In this document: piece after piece, positions 1 through 12,993 of the stretch
Layout: the number at the start of each line of letters is the position of its first letter
How positions within the stretch are numbered: position 1 is the stretch's first letter
From: Takakia lepidozioides
Lineage: Eukaryota > Plantae > Bryophyta
Reading direction: 5' to 3'
Assembly: GCA_030704615.1 (NCBI GenBank)
Contig: CM060734.1
Span: 35,712,001-35,776,000, forward strand
Length of the DNA: 64,000 nucleotides
Translations under genes and position numbers: made by a program
The notes under the pieces: model-generated
What the model saw: only the letters and a program-made list of their open reading frames with translations
Told to the model about the DNA's origin: nothing
The model's database searches: none

Positions 1-618
1 CAATAATCAGGCCCCAAGACGTCCAAATCGTAGGAGTCACGGAATGTTGAGTAGGTACTAGCCAAATACGAAAAAGACAATGGACCGATAGACAATGTTA
101 GCTTAGCTAATTAAGGGCTTAATTCCCAAAAAAGATTGCTGGGGAAGGACCCACTGTTTTCAATACAAACCCTTGCCACCCCAACTCTACGGCAACCAAC
201 GGAAGGTAAACACCTTCATTTATGAAACTTATGAAGTTTTGAGCCCACAACCAAGCGGTTTCTTTTTGGAAATTTGGAAAACAGCACGAGTGGCTATTGA
301 GTTTTGCAGGAAATAGCAATATATTCTGTTCATCCACTGAAATTTGGATAGAATCATCTTCCTTTATACTTTCATCCATTTCTATCATCTATATTTGGCA
401 AATTCATCCATAATTTATTTTTTATTTGGAGAAGTTTGGCGATTTCATCCATTTTAAAACAGAGAATTTTGACAGAATACTCCATTTTATTTTTTGTGGT
501 CGAAATTTGGTGATTATTCGCCACTAAAAGAATGGCTGCCACAAGCACTGACTAGTGAAATGATCAAGTTATGCCCTAACCATTCGGTTATCTATTCGAT
601 GTCACCCACTTATAAATA

Positions 619-650
619 CTAGGGTTGCTCGTGGCTGCGCACACAATGTT
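619..650 (-). mobile_element. Probable Helitron 3' terminus (fragment)
   Basis: Minus strand reads ...TGTGTGCGCAGCCACGAGCAACCCTAG|T: an imperfect hairpin, then CTAG followed by T, the typical Helitron 3' signature. No matching 5' end identified. Confidence 0.4.
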
Positions 651-2139
651 CAAGTTTTTTTTTTTAAAAACTTTTATAAGTTAACTAATTAATTTTGGTG
701 AAAGTAAAGTTCTACAGCCACGGGAATCAAAAACTACTATCATCTATAGACTTACTCCTTCACTATGGTTCAGTCACCAAGCAAAGATCTCTCAACTGTC
801 CAGTTTTCGAAACCCTCCGAGGCTCAACTCTGTGGCACTTATGGAAGGCAAGCTGCAAAAAACGTTCTCTGGGGAATTACCTCCACCATCTCTGTCCTCC
901 TCTCTAATGTTTTTTATGATGTGGGTGTTAAGTCGCGTAAAGCGCAGTCTAACACGTGTGCAGACATCAAGCGGAATTTGAGGAATGCTTCAGCCATCCA
1001 TGCAACCTTCCAAAACACCTTGGGCATCCAGGGTCTTAGGTATCTGCAATAGCGGGCCGAGCTCCCTCCCCTATGCTGGCGTTATCACCGAGCGACCCTC
1101 CACAGTTGAATTGAGCGCGAAGTTAATTGGAAGCACTTGAAACCTTCCACTAAAGCCGTGGCTTCATTACATATAGAGTAGCTCTGCTGTTAGAAAGGTC
1201 AATGTCAAATCTCTTGCCATGACTCTTCCACATTCCATTTCGAAAACAAAACCTTATAATGATAAGTTCCTCTAGGTCACCCCATCGGGAGTTAATCCCA
1301 TATGTTATTTTTTTGGGATGCCATTTCCAGACAGTGTGGCCAAAGTCTTTAGTTCTTTCTCAGGCTCTCGGAGGTCCTGTTCACGACTTCACTGATTACG
1401 GCGTGTGTGCCTCATGGTGTAACAAGGGTTTTAATTTTTTTTCCCCAAAATGATTTCACATAGAGATTTCATCAGGGCCACTGTCCCCTGTTCCTAAAAA
1501 TAAATAAATAAATAAATAAGTTTCAAAGGGCTGCCTCCCCTTTCTCAAAAAAAGAAAAAAAAAGAAAAAAAGGAAAAACATTCAATCAACTAAGTGTATT
1601 GTATTTATTATAGAGAAAAACATTTCGGCTAGAGCTGAAGCCACTTCATTTTATGGCTACTCTTCATTTCAAGGGTGGATTCTATAAAGGTTTTATAAAT
1701 CAGAATCTTAACAAGTAAATTTCAAATTCTTAAACATAGAGACTAAATAGATTTACATACATCTAGTATCTATTGTAGAGTTTGTTGAAGTGTATTTATA
1801 ATATATTAATATAATTATACATTTAATAGTCTAAAATATGGACAAGAGATAAAAATGTAATATTAACACTTCATTAGCTATTACTAACATTATCATCTTT
1901 AATTATATATATATACACTATCCTAATATATTAGTAACTCAAAAATTGTGTAAACCATTGAATTTATTTTCATGGTTTTATCATAAATAATAATTAGGAG
2001 TGTTGGAGCATTTACATTGAATGTGTGAAACAAAAGAAAGGAAGAACACGATATTAGAGCAGATCAAAAAATATTTGAAAACAAATCTTTTCTTTCGAAT
2101 ATGTATCCAACAAATGCAATTGCACATCCGCTTGGCGCT

Positions 2140-2520
2140 CCCCCTGCCGTCAATCCCCCCTCCCCTTAAACTGCACGATCCCTTGCACCTCCCGTGGTGG
2201 GTCCCCCCCCGGTCGTCGACTCCCCCTCGGTGCCCCACTAACCACGGGTCGACCCCCTGCTGTCCATCCCCCCTCCATTGCACGACGCGTTTCTCGGCCC
2301 GCACCTCCGCTCCCCCGCCATTGATCCCCCCTCCCTTGCACGGAGCGATCCAAAAGCCCATCTGACGGCCCAACCTCCGCCACATGGCGGCCCCTCCTCC
2401 AAGCGCTCCCCTTGCCACGGCCCGATCACCTGCCATGTGCCACTCACCCCTGCCGTCGATCCGCCTTCCCTTGCACGGGGTGATCCTCCCAGCCCGTCCG
2501 CTTCCGCCACGTGGGAGCCC
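2140..2520. repeat. C-rich island with three degenerate copies of a ~40-bp motif
   Basis: Motif CCCCtGCCgTcgATCCcCCcTCCCTTGCACG recurs near 2141, 2311 and 2446 in otherwise AT-rich DNA. Overlapping ORFs are low-complexity Pro/Gly artefacts. Confidence 0.65.
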
Positions 2521-2639
2521 CGAGTACCTAGATATCCACCTGGAAAAAAATTTGGATATGAATTTCGCAAATGAAACTAGTTTTTAGATTTTCAGTTATG
2601 ATTTTTTGTTGTTCATTCATTCATTGCTTTGCAGGATTT

Positions 2640-3421
2640 TGACTCTCTTGTTGTCATTGCAGCATTGCTTCGCTGTAGGAAGAATAATTTGAGCAAGACA
2701 GAAAGCTGATGTTATAGCCATTGATTTAGCTCTTCTTGTGCCATTCCATATCTCTACGAATCCACATTTTCGTAAAGTAAAAGTGGTGCAGGCGAGTCTA
2801 GTAAGTTGGCTTGGGGAAATTTAACAAGAAACCTCATGTGCGCCTAGTAAAATTTAAGGAAGAAACACGCGTATGCTTTGGCAGCAGATATGTCAGCGTA
2901 CCTCCCCCTCCAGATTAAACATTTGGTTTAGTTACTTTTGCACACAAAGAATTTTATGGTGGGAGTGATGACAAAACTAAGAAATGTTTGCATCCGAGTA
3001 TTTCTCTGTTGTTACCAAACATTTTGTCTGGTTGGACACAGAACCAGGTCCACATCCAATGATTCTTTTGCCACGTCCTGCTTGGATATTCAATGATGGT
3101 TGTTTGTATGGAAAATCTATAGTTAGTAAGAACTCCATACGCAAATTTACAGATCATATGAGTGGAGATATGTCTGCATTGATGGATAAGATGATCTCGA
3201 ATAGAACTGGTCGTGGAGTGGGTATTACTTGCATGGAAGAAGCTATGGCACCTCAAAACAATGGTATGGAGCTCACTGGTCACCGTTGCGCCAAATTCTA
3301 CTCTAAGTATGCCCAGATGAGTGAGATGTGTATTAATCACACTCGTCAGCGCATGTTTCGGAGAGTTGAAGCATGGTCAATCACTAACCTACAAAGAAGC
3401 ACTGAACGAGAAAAATGTTAA
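2640..3421 (+). mobile_element. Crypton-like tyrosine recombinase (DUF3504-type) relic
   Basis: ORF 2984-3421 contains LYGKSIVSKNSIRKF...ISNRTGRGVGITCMEEA...GMELTGHRCAKFYSKY, matching the DUF3504/Crypton C-terminal pattern WY...G.N.L...M...TNHS.R.T.IT.L......IM..TGH.S..SL..Y. Upstream broken frame AVGRII*ARQKADV...PFHISTNPHFRKV (2670-2790) resembles the N-terminal half; the middle is missing. Confidence 0.7.
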
Positions 3422-4430
3422 TTGGCGGCTATTTATTGAGCGTGATTCTACTACTGTTGCAATCTCACAAGGCTCTTTATTGACTATAGATGTAGCTGCT
3501 GATGTAGATCAAGCTATTGTTCTTCATGAAACCTTTGTCCTTTGTGGTAGCAATATTGATATTGCACCTCGGCTTAAGCTTAAGCTTGTTTCCTTTAGAA
3601 AATTACTGTGATGTTTCTATTGTCATTAGGTCTTGGCTACAATTTCGAGCAATGTTGATGTTTGTCCTAAGGGGCCATCTCAGGGTTCATCTCCCATTGT
3701 GAATTCATCTTCACAAGCTGGTCACTATTTCACTGGCAACTTTACAAACTGCTCCATCAACTTGTAAATGGATCCTCATGTTTTTTGTAATATGCAAAGG
3801 AGAACCATACGAGGTTGATGATTGATGATACTGATTTGAGGCTCTCAATGATTTAATCTGTTTTTTTTTACCTATAATCATATTTATAGAGGCATTTGAC
3901 AAAGCTATTTGCCTTCATGAGATTTGAGCTCATTATAACAGACTGTACACTGTAGCTTATTTTAGCTCATTGTAGGAGCAGATTCATGTAGAAGCAGACA
4001 GATTACTGAGATACAGTATTTTATTTCTGCCTCACATTGAGGAAGTTGGATGGTGGTGGAAGACAAACATGAATGGTGCATATGGTGTTTGAGCCTGCGC
4101 GACCGAGCTCCTTCATGCGTTTAGATTTGAGTGTGCTTATGATGGGAGTGTAGGTTGTTGTGGGGTGGAGTCCCCATAGCTTGGGGTGCCCCTGGCTCGA
4201 CTTCTGTTTTAAAGAGTGATAGCGATGGATTCATGTTGTTTCTGGTGTGAGCAGTGTGTTTTCTAGTTTTCTTATCATTGTGGCAGACTACTTTATTGTG
4301 CATATATGTGTGGTATGGTTTGGACAGCGATGTAGTTGTGTAGCGATACGTATGCGCACGACATGCTACACAACCTCATAATTTCGCAGGGCGAAACTCT
4401 GTACCAACCAGCCTGACAAGAAATCCAATT

Positions 4431-4750
4431 GTAAGAGTTTCTCAAAGCGAAACCCACTTCTGCATAATATTTCTGAAATATCAGTAAGAGTTTCTCAAAG
4501 CGAAACCCACTTCGGCATAGTATTTCTCAAATACCAGTAAGAGTTTCTCAAAGCGAAACCCACTTCTGCATAGTATTTCTTAAATACCAGAAAATGTTTC
4601 TCAATACGAAACCCCCCGCTGCATACGTTTGTGTCCATATCACCAAATCTGTCTCAAATACCAGGAAGGGTTTCTCAATGCAAAACCCACCGTTGCATAG
4701 GTTTGTGCCCATATCACCACGTTTCCTCAATGCAAAACTCGTCGATGCAG
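4431..4750 (+). repeat. 53-bp tandem array (three near-perfect units plus degenerate longer units)
   Basis: Unit GTAAGAGTTTCTCAAAGCGAAACCCACTTCTGCATAGTATTTCTCAAATACCA starts at 4431, 4484 and 4537; diverged variants continue to about 4750. Confidence 0.92.
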
Positions 4751-6289
4751 GTTCCTGGCTACTCTACTGAAGTTTTCGCCTCGCGGAATTGGCACAGATG
4801 TATCATATATATGCACCGGTCCTCTATACCCACTTATGGTTTTTCCGTTTTGGAAACATATAACTCCTTTGACCGAGGTTAAAAAAACATAAAACTCCCA
4901 TGACCGTGGGTTGTGCTCACGCGATACCAACCCCCGAACCAACCAATGGCCCCTCATCCTGAGAACCAACTGACTAACTGGGTTGGGGAGACGATTGCTT
5001 CCCCTTAGTGGTAACTACAATTGTCAATTTTCTATGTAAATTTCCTAAAGTTTCAATTATCTCTCAGAAATCCTTAAAACCACTTGGCTAGCATGTAACT
5101 GCCTACCGGTTCTCCCGGTTGGTTGAGCCAAATCCAATAAAGCATAGGGACGAGGACGGACCCACTAATAAAGGAAGCATCTCGAAAATTGGAAACAACA
5201 TATCTATTTGAAGGCTCAACTGATGACGGGAGGCAGCGGGCCTAGATCAATTCAAGAATGTCACGAGTTAGAGGTAGACTAGGACAGAGAAGGACCCACA
5301 CGGACATTACGTGATTGGATAGAAGGGTGTAGAAGCCTGTGGAAGCCACCCATGAGTTCTCTATAACTGCCAGGTCGCAATGTGTAGGATAAGCCTCCGA
5401 CTGGAGGGGATTACCTATACTTGCCCCACCACGAGGCGGTAGCCGAGTGGTGGGGCAAGTATAGGTAATCCCCGACACGAGGACGCTTACCGTGCGTGAA
5501 GAACGCACAGGGGACGCAGAAGGTACGTGGTAAATGCACTTGCCAGCTTGGCGGGTAGATTACATGATTCTGTAACGCACTGGCCAGCCTAAGCCTGGCG
5601 CATACATTCACAGGTTTAAGGTCACCAGTTTCCTTTGAGGGAAAATCCTGAAAGTTCTTTACTACGTGCCTAACTACTAACTACATAGAGGCAGTAGCCG
5701 TGAGGCGAAGTGGCTCTTAGTTACGCCGTCTTCTCTCTACATAGAGGCGAGGCCCACACGAGTTAGTATAATAAATAAATTGGGATTATCTTGCAGAATG
5801 AGGTTGTCACTAAAGAGATTATCTTCCGGAAGGTTATCCCTTAAATGTGCTATCTTCACTATAAAGACTTAGGAAACCTCTAGGAATATAATGAACATAG
5901 TTACCTTCTGAAAGATAATTGAGAATAGATTTTGATTTGTGCCATAACTTGCTGCACAGTGCTTATGGACGGAATTTGAATCTTGCATGCGGTCGTACCA
6001 CAATGCTAAACCTGACCACTATTATGTCGATTCACAACTTGTTACGAGTCCGTGTCTTTTGTTTTTCTTGTGTTTTTGAGTCTGCTTAAATCAAATGATA
6101 CTAGGATTTATCAGTGTTAGGCATTGTTCCCTTTAATTTTGTAATATATCAATGTATTTCTCTTCTCTTCTCTTCTCTTCTCAAAAAAAAAAACTTCCAT
6201 GATAAAAAAAACTTGATTATCATACATTTGAAGAATTTTTACTTGACATTTTAATATTTTCTGAAAAGGGAGTGCTTGTTTTAGTTCTA

Positions 6290-6768
6290 CTAGGGTAGCC
6301 TGTGCCGTTGGCCCAAGTGTCCAGTGTCATCCAAGCCCAAGTGCAATCTCCTATGTATCTAAGTCCGTCTCCCATGTTGAGGTCCCCGTGCGACCTCCCG
6401 GGTAGCCTGTACCGTTGGCCCAAGTGTCCCAAGTTTCATCTAAGCCCAAGTGCAATCTCCTATGTGTGTTTCCTATGTAGAGGCCCAAGTGCAACCTCCA
6501 GTGTCCAATGTCACCTAAGTCCAAGTGCAATCCCAAAGCCCACTTTGCTATTTTTGCAATCTCCCCTTTCGAGGCTTCATATATTGATATATCCACTTTG
6601 CTATTTTTCGCGAATTTCCAGTGACCAAAAGTACTTGAAATTCCAAATCTCCCACGTGAAGGGCCAATCATTGCTCTAGGAAACCCACTTTGCTATTTTT
6701 CGCGAATTTCCAACGCTACAAACAAACAAACAAACAAATCATCTTAATTCATATATTAATCAGCAGGA
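6290..6768 (-). mobile_element. Non-autonomous Helitron, ~480 bp (copy 1)
   Basis: Minus strand starts TCCTGCTGATTAATATATGAA and ends CTTGGGCCAACGGCACAGGCTACCCTAG|T (hairpin GCC-AAC-GGC then CTAG). Homologous to 59111-59590 in the opposite orientation. A second internal copy of the 3' terminus lies near 6400-6430. Confidence 0.75.
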
Positions 6769-7229
6769 CACCGTTCCCTTTCCTACCAAATAGATAATGA
6801 AGAAAAATTAAAAAAGGAAAAAGTAGTAACCTTGTGAGTTCTTTTTGTAATAAAGAGAATAAAGTAGAAGAGAAAATAAAATCGACCATTTGTATTACTA
6901 AACTTGGAAAAGAACCGTTTTAAAAAAAAAGGAAAGAAAAAGAAAAACAGCATATGTAAATACACTCAAGAAATTGACCATCGGCAACCCTCAGATGGGA
7001 ACAATCATATCTACGGATTAGATTAGTGTAAGAGAAAACAGACCAATGGAAGGGCTCCAAATCTGGAGAAGAGCATTTCAAGGTGAATGCTTTTTTTGGG
7101 CCAGCAACACAAACATATTTTGCTGGCATTTGCCCTTTGCGGAAACTTCTTTGATGGAAACGACAAACACACAATGCAATCCAATATCGTCAAGCAGCTG
7201 GAGAAGTTCGATGATCTGATCACTTCCAG

Positions 7230-8330
7230 CACTCGGAATTCACTTATGCAAGAGACAGACATACGTATCTGAATCTGCTGAAATGCCTCGTTGGTTTGTA
7301 AGAATCCAACTCGTGTATATCAATCCACCTTCCCCAGTATGATGCGTGGGAGGTTCAAATCCTAATCCTATCCCACGCTTGAACAGTTCAAGCGGAACGA
7401 CAGGGCATCTGCTGATAATTATCGGGTAATTACCAGGAACCATTGTGCATTGGACCAAGTTCTTTATATAGCCAAATAATGCACTGATCGAATCTGAGGT
7501 GGGTGTGTCTCGTGTGTGCTTCGATTCAGACAAGTCTCAATTGTTTGGGGGGAGTGTTGGAGTCGGAGCCCAGTCCTAAATGTAACTGCCACCTTGCACT
7601 GCGTTGGGATGGGTCGGACCGACTGCACTGTTCTGCTGTGCAGGCCAGTGCTCTGGGTAAAAGAAATGGCCAGGACTTTTGTCTGAAGAAGCTGCTGAGC
7701 AACAGTATTTGTCACCTCTTCGTCCCCTCATTTCAACACACGCTCTCAAGTGCTTGCAATGTAGCAATCAAAAGGGGTTTTTCCAGAGCCGACTGACTTT
7801 CGCTTTCAGCTTGAGGTGAGCCCACACCTGTTCGAGATTGAAAAGACTGCGTTAGAACTTGGATTGAAAATGGATTAACCCACGCACCATATGTTGACGT
7901 AACATAGAAGTAAGTTTCACCATCAGTGACAAATACAAGGCACCTTTTCCGCAGGAGAATGGGCAAGTGCTAATCCAGCTTTCGTGATGTCAGCTTAGAC
8001 CTATTCAATGCCTTTCCGAGGCTGCCGGCCAGACCCATGCGTTTTCCAAACACGAACGAACGTGACCGCAGTGGGATTCACCCCCCTTTGATACCATATC
8101 CTGCCCTCACGATTGCACGTGATCAATCCTCGTTCAGGCATTTGGTCAAGCACTCGGATCCGCATTTGATATACTTGTTGACAAGTGTGGAAACACGTTT
8201 GGCTTGAATCCACTTTCCTGCGTTCTCGCTGCTAGGCCTTCCTCGTATGCCCTCTGCATAAGTCTCGGACTTTGCTGAAACGCCGCCTTGGTTCAACATG
8301 TGCAGAGCCTGTTTCAAGTTCGGTTATCGG
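7230..8330 (-). pseudogene. Degenerate PLS-class pentatricopeptide repeat (PPR) gene relic
   Basis: Broken frames give LKQALHMLNQGGVSAKSETY, STLVNKYIKCGS, RVLDQMPERGLITCN, QRGVNPTAVTFVRV, SALFGYIKN and QRGISADSDTYVCLL, all PLS-PPR-like motifs, with many stops, frameshifts and deletions. Confidence 0.6.
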
Positions 8331-9949
8331 TCCTCGACTGTGCTCTGAATCATCCAAGGATTCATGGCCTTTCTCATGCGGCACTGCCCCTAAACTGATC
8401 GCAGAAGCAAGAATCACACACGTACCGCAGTAACTTGGCATATCCTGGAGGTAGGTCAACGCTAGAGCTTGGAAAAGCGCTCGCAGAAAGATATTCACAA
8501 CGTGGGAGAAGGGAGTCGGGAGTCGGGAAGTGGACCTAGTTATTGGAATCTCGGTTTGCTCTGCACAAGTAATCTACTCAAGAAGAGCATGAAACTATAT
8601 AGCAAGGTGTTGGGGGTGAATGACGATCGTGGCTGCTGGGCTGCTCAGCTGGAGTGTGAATGTCGTCCACAGCTACATTAGAACTCCATAATCTTTGAAG
8701 ATCCTTCAACATGGTAGGAGAACCACGATGGGCTCCTTCCGTGAAGTACCTTCCAGCGTGTAATGAAATAAGATAACAGTTTAAAGTTCCTTGAGATATA
8801 CACACCACACAAACCACCAACCCCTAACAAGTATGGACACTAGAATTCAGTAGTTCAACACTCTTCGATGGCCACTTTGCCAGCTTCACAACAGCGAACC
8901 ATGCAGACACGAGGTCCCAAGGAGCAAAACCACACATTACAACATGGATTGGCTAAAACAAGCCACCCACCAATCCCTGAGACCACGGAGGTAACCGCAG
9001 AGCAATGAACTTACTTCAGTGTACAAACATGTAATATTGTTTCACAATCCCATCTTCGCAGGGTAGCAGTGAACGGACGACTGAAGCCAGAAAAGCTCAA
9101 ACTGTACACCCTACTTTATGAACAGTAGCTTTCTGAGTTTCTTCAATTTGCTGCTCCAGCATACTGTCTTGAGGCTCTGGTCAAATTCCACTTTACCTAC
9201 CAAATATTTGCACTACTAACCACACCTGCTGCCTTCAGCAAATCCTGCAACAAGTCCATTCGCTGTTCCAACAGAGCCACTCTGTTCTCGTTTCGTGTAA
9301 TTTCTTACGCAATGTCATTGCTACCTCCTGCCAGGTCGTACCATCATCCGATGCAGAAGGCAGCGATTGAAGTGGCAGACCATCCTGTGATATCCCCAGC
9401 ATTCTGTGTGAACAATAAGTTGGTCTTAGTACACTCGTGAAGCAAGACTAAGATATGAATACTACATCAGGCAACATCATCAAATATCTGAGAGCACCTT
9501 CATGCACAACCAAACTACCGTGACAGTAACCACAAACAACTATACTACATAATGAAATGCTAGTTGTCCTTAAGGTAATGGCCAAGGTAGGTATAATTTC
9601 AATCTGACAAACATTTTGGGCTGATCAATCAACCCTGTAGGGTTTGGTAATAAAGATGACCTCATTGACTGAACTGTGGTAAAAGGCGGTGCTAGTTACA
9701 GCTTTCCGTTGTTGACTTTTAGGGTGAATGCCACCATGGGTCAGATGATCCTTAAAAACATGAATTAAGGTGTAAGCATATGGTAGCTGAACAGAAGCAA
9801 AGGCCCTTTCAGCAACACCCTAGTAGTGGCTGGTCAATACACTGCCCTTTATTTGGGGAAGCCTAATAAACAGAGGGAATAAAAAGCACCAGCCCATTCA
9901 CATATGAATGCCTTTTCCACGTCGCTCCCTTAGAAGGAAATTGGATGTC

Positions 9950-11680
9950 AACAAGTGGGAGTTACATCAAGAAGTCAATGAATCTATCATAGGTACAAAG
10001 ATGTTGATCTGCAGAGGGCATTGAATTGGTGGTCTAAAGACTTGAAAGTCGTCAATTACTGGGAGGCGCAAGCTTTGTAAGGGCCGGGTTTAAAATTTGA
10101 GGATCACCGCTTTGGTTCATACACCATCAAAAGAAGTCAACGGCATGTTGAAGGCCCCGAGAAAGGATACCAGGGAAGTACCAAAAGATCATGATGACCC
10201 AACTTAGAGAAATAAGAAATTCAGCCTACAGTGTCTATATAAATTGAAGATCTGGCAGGCAAGTGTCCCAGAAAAGTGAGAATGGAACCTCAGTAGCGTC
10301 TGATGCAAAGCTTTTGAGAAACTACTGTGGAATTATATTGTCGAGGGCAGCGGATACATTTTTTTTAGCACTGAAACATAATGTGCTATCTTCTCTCACC
10401 CTGCCCTATTCGGTCTACATAGACACTTTCGAGGGATACTTTGCGAAGAATCATGGACTGGGAGTGCCTTTGGATGGGGAACCAACACAATCAGCACTTC
10501 TTTATGCGGATGATGTTGTCGTATGGGCACAAGAGTTCTCCAAAGACTATGGGCTGCAGTCAACCTCAGTAAAATGAAGATCATGTCCAATAGCCCCACT
10601 GATTGGAGAGTACTCTAACCAGTAAGAGATTGAGGTCGTGGAATCATACCCATATCTGGTGTCTCATTATTCACTACACAAATTTCAGTTTGCATCGACT
10701 GCTACTGACATAAATTGATGAAAGGAAAGGCCACCTACATCCTTTTTCAAGCTAAACGCAAACAAATCCATCTACGCCACCTCACCGCCCCCCCCCCCGC
10801 CTCCACCAAAACGTGGCTTTTTGACTCTCTTGTCACCCCTGCTGCCACTTCTGGCTGCGATTTTTGGGCCCCTCAGGTCCCTGTTTCCCAGTGGGAGAAA
10901 AATCTGGAACCCCAGCAATTGTCTTTCCTCGAAGGGAATGCTTGGGGCTATAGGTACAACACCATCACAGATTTTATACCCTGATTTTCTTGTGTACCTC
11001 TTGAAATTGAAGCCATCTTCCATCTTAATATGTTCATGAGAAGGTTGCGAGCCCTATCACCCAAATGGCTGCTAGCAAGACTCGAGACATTTGGGTATGC
11101 TTGGGTCTTGAATGCCACGGACAGTCCGTTGCTTCCTTACTGCCACAAAATATGGAGGGTTTGGAATTTTTGTCCAAGCAGGACCGCAGCGGAGTCATTA
11201 GGCAGGAGCTGATCAAACTTCATGTTAGGCAGACCTGGAAACCAGTTAATCTTACAACATGGTTGCAATTCTATCAGAGACATTCTTGGTCCACCACGAT
11301 GAAGGAATCTTACAGCCCAATCACTTGTCTGAGACTCTATCTCCCTCTCCGCTAAGGGCACTGGGAAGGTTTAGGGTGGGCTCCCAGGTAGGTGGGACAA
11401 CCTGCAGTGGGCTGAACGATTGTGCCTTGTTTGTGCTAGAGATGACAGGAGGGAAAGTGAAACTGAAGAATATTTCATCTTTCACTGTCATTTCCACTAT
11501 GAGATCCAAGGGAGATACTATTGCCTAATATGAGATAGCCAATCCCTTACAGACGTGTTCCACTGCGGCAATCATTCACCCGACATGTTTTTTCCAAGCA
11601 GAGACATTGATCGAATGACATTTGGAGCGCAATGGTCTACTACAAACCATTCTGGATTTCAACATTCAAACCCCAGTGCT
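9950..11680 (+). mobile_element. Degenerate non-LTR retrotransposon (LINE), RT and C-terminal Zn-knuckle region
   Basis: Frameshifted segments LSPALFGLHR/YIDTFE, SALLYADDVVV (RT catalytic YADD), WLFDSLVTPAATSGCDFWAP, LRALGRFRVGS and ETEEYFIFHCHFHYEIQGRYYCL. Ends are approximate. Confidence 0.85.
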
Positions 11681-12950
11681 CCAGTATCGTCCCTTCCAGA
11701 TCGACACACCTTTGGACCTCTACATCCTACATCGAGGACTGGTCATGGCACACATGGTGAATGGTGGTCTGATGTGCACAAAGTGTTGTGTGACCGACGG
11801 TGTGAATTTTTGCCCTGGGTTCTTGACCTACAGGAAGCGGACATGGTTTTATCAAGGGCATTGCAACATGGTCCTGAAATACTAAGGAAGCTTGTTCTGG
11901 CCCCACTCTGTGTCTTGTTTCCTGACTTCTCTTGTCCCATAGACGAGATTTCAGGCCAAGATTAGGAAGATCATAGAGGATATGATGCTTCTGTGCTGAG
12001 TTGAAGCTCAGCACAAATCTACTCTGAGTCTCTTCACATCTTGAAGTTAAACTATATGAAGTACCTAACCAGCACTAGGCTGAACTTATTCTTGTAGTTG
12101 CTAAGGGGTGACAAGATAATGTTAGGCACAAAATATTTAGAACATTCAAACTGAAAGAAGTGTAAATACCTCTGTACATAAGTTAAAACAGCTGAGAGTG
12201 AAAAATATATACATCTGCAATCTCGGAACATGACGATGAGGATTGACGCATTCTAGTAGGTGCGATGTGGACCTAGAAGCCTGTTTCAAACCACTACACA
12301 CAATACCACTGCACAACTTTTTTCCTCTTTCCCAGCAGCTGGCAACAACCCTCCATTTTCCCCTCCTTGTAGGGTCTAAGTTATGGCATCAAATTGACCT
12401 TTCCTGTTCGACGCCTCACGAAAAAGAGACACACCTTTGAAAATAGAACAAAAAAAAGTTCAAATCAAACAGCCAAAAAGCACACTTCCCCCGTTTCACA
12501 ACATCAAACCAGCATCCAAAGGAGCGCATACAACTATCCAACCCAATTTTTTCGCTCAAAAAGTTCCCCTCAGCTCGTAGCATAACCATCACATACCGCA
12601 GTGTTGACACTAGCAGTGCGAATCGTAGAATGCAACTTTCTTCCCGGATAATCTCTCCTAGCACTCTCCTTGGTACGCGGCATGTTGAATGTGCTGCGGT
12701 CATGGAGCTTCTCATTGCCTCAAAAGAACAACAGATTCTATCGTTCCATGATCAATCCTCCTCCTTCCCTCGCACACCTGCTTACATGCCCGGGAGACTG
12801 CTTTCGTATCCCGGACTGCCTCCGCTGGCTATCGCAGTTTCGCCATCCTGGGCCAAGTGAATATTGTAATTAGGTACCTAAAATTAAAATCGGCCAATCT
12901 GAGGGGAAAAAGTGATGGAGTGGCGGGAGGCGAGTTATGGCGATTTCCTT

Positions 12951-12993
12951 GGCACGTGCAGGATCTGGTGCCCTGACATCATTGGCACGTGCC
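12951..12993. promoter_or_regulatory. Pair of G-boxes (GGCACGTG) upstream of the ArfGAP-C2 gene
   Basis: GGCACGTGCA at 12951-12960 and palindromic GGCACGTGCC at 12984-12993, with a CCAAT box near 12894, about 0.7 kb upstream of the start codon. Confidence 0.5.

Noticed and set aside
695-1453. Short ORFs near the window start
   Set aside because: No recognisable motif or consistent exon structure.
1981-2587. Several overlapping Pro/Gly-rich ORFs
   Set aside because: Artefacts of the C-rich repeat island, which lacks stop codons; no recognisable domain.
4431-4750. CRISPR array
   Set aside because: Units are contiguous 53-bp tandem repeats with no unique spacers, no cas genes are present, and the context is eukaryotic.
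4880-4990. Minus-strand SINE head
   Set aside because: A- and B-box-like motifs are too degenerate to support a call.
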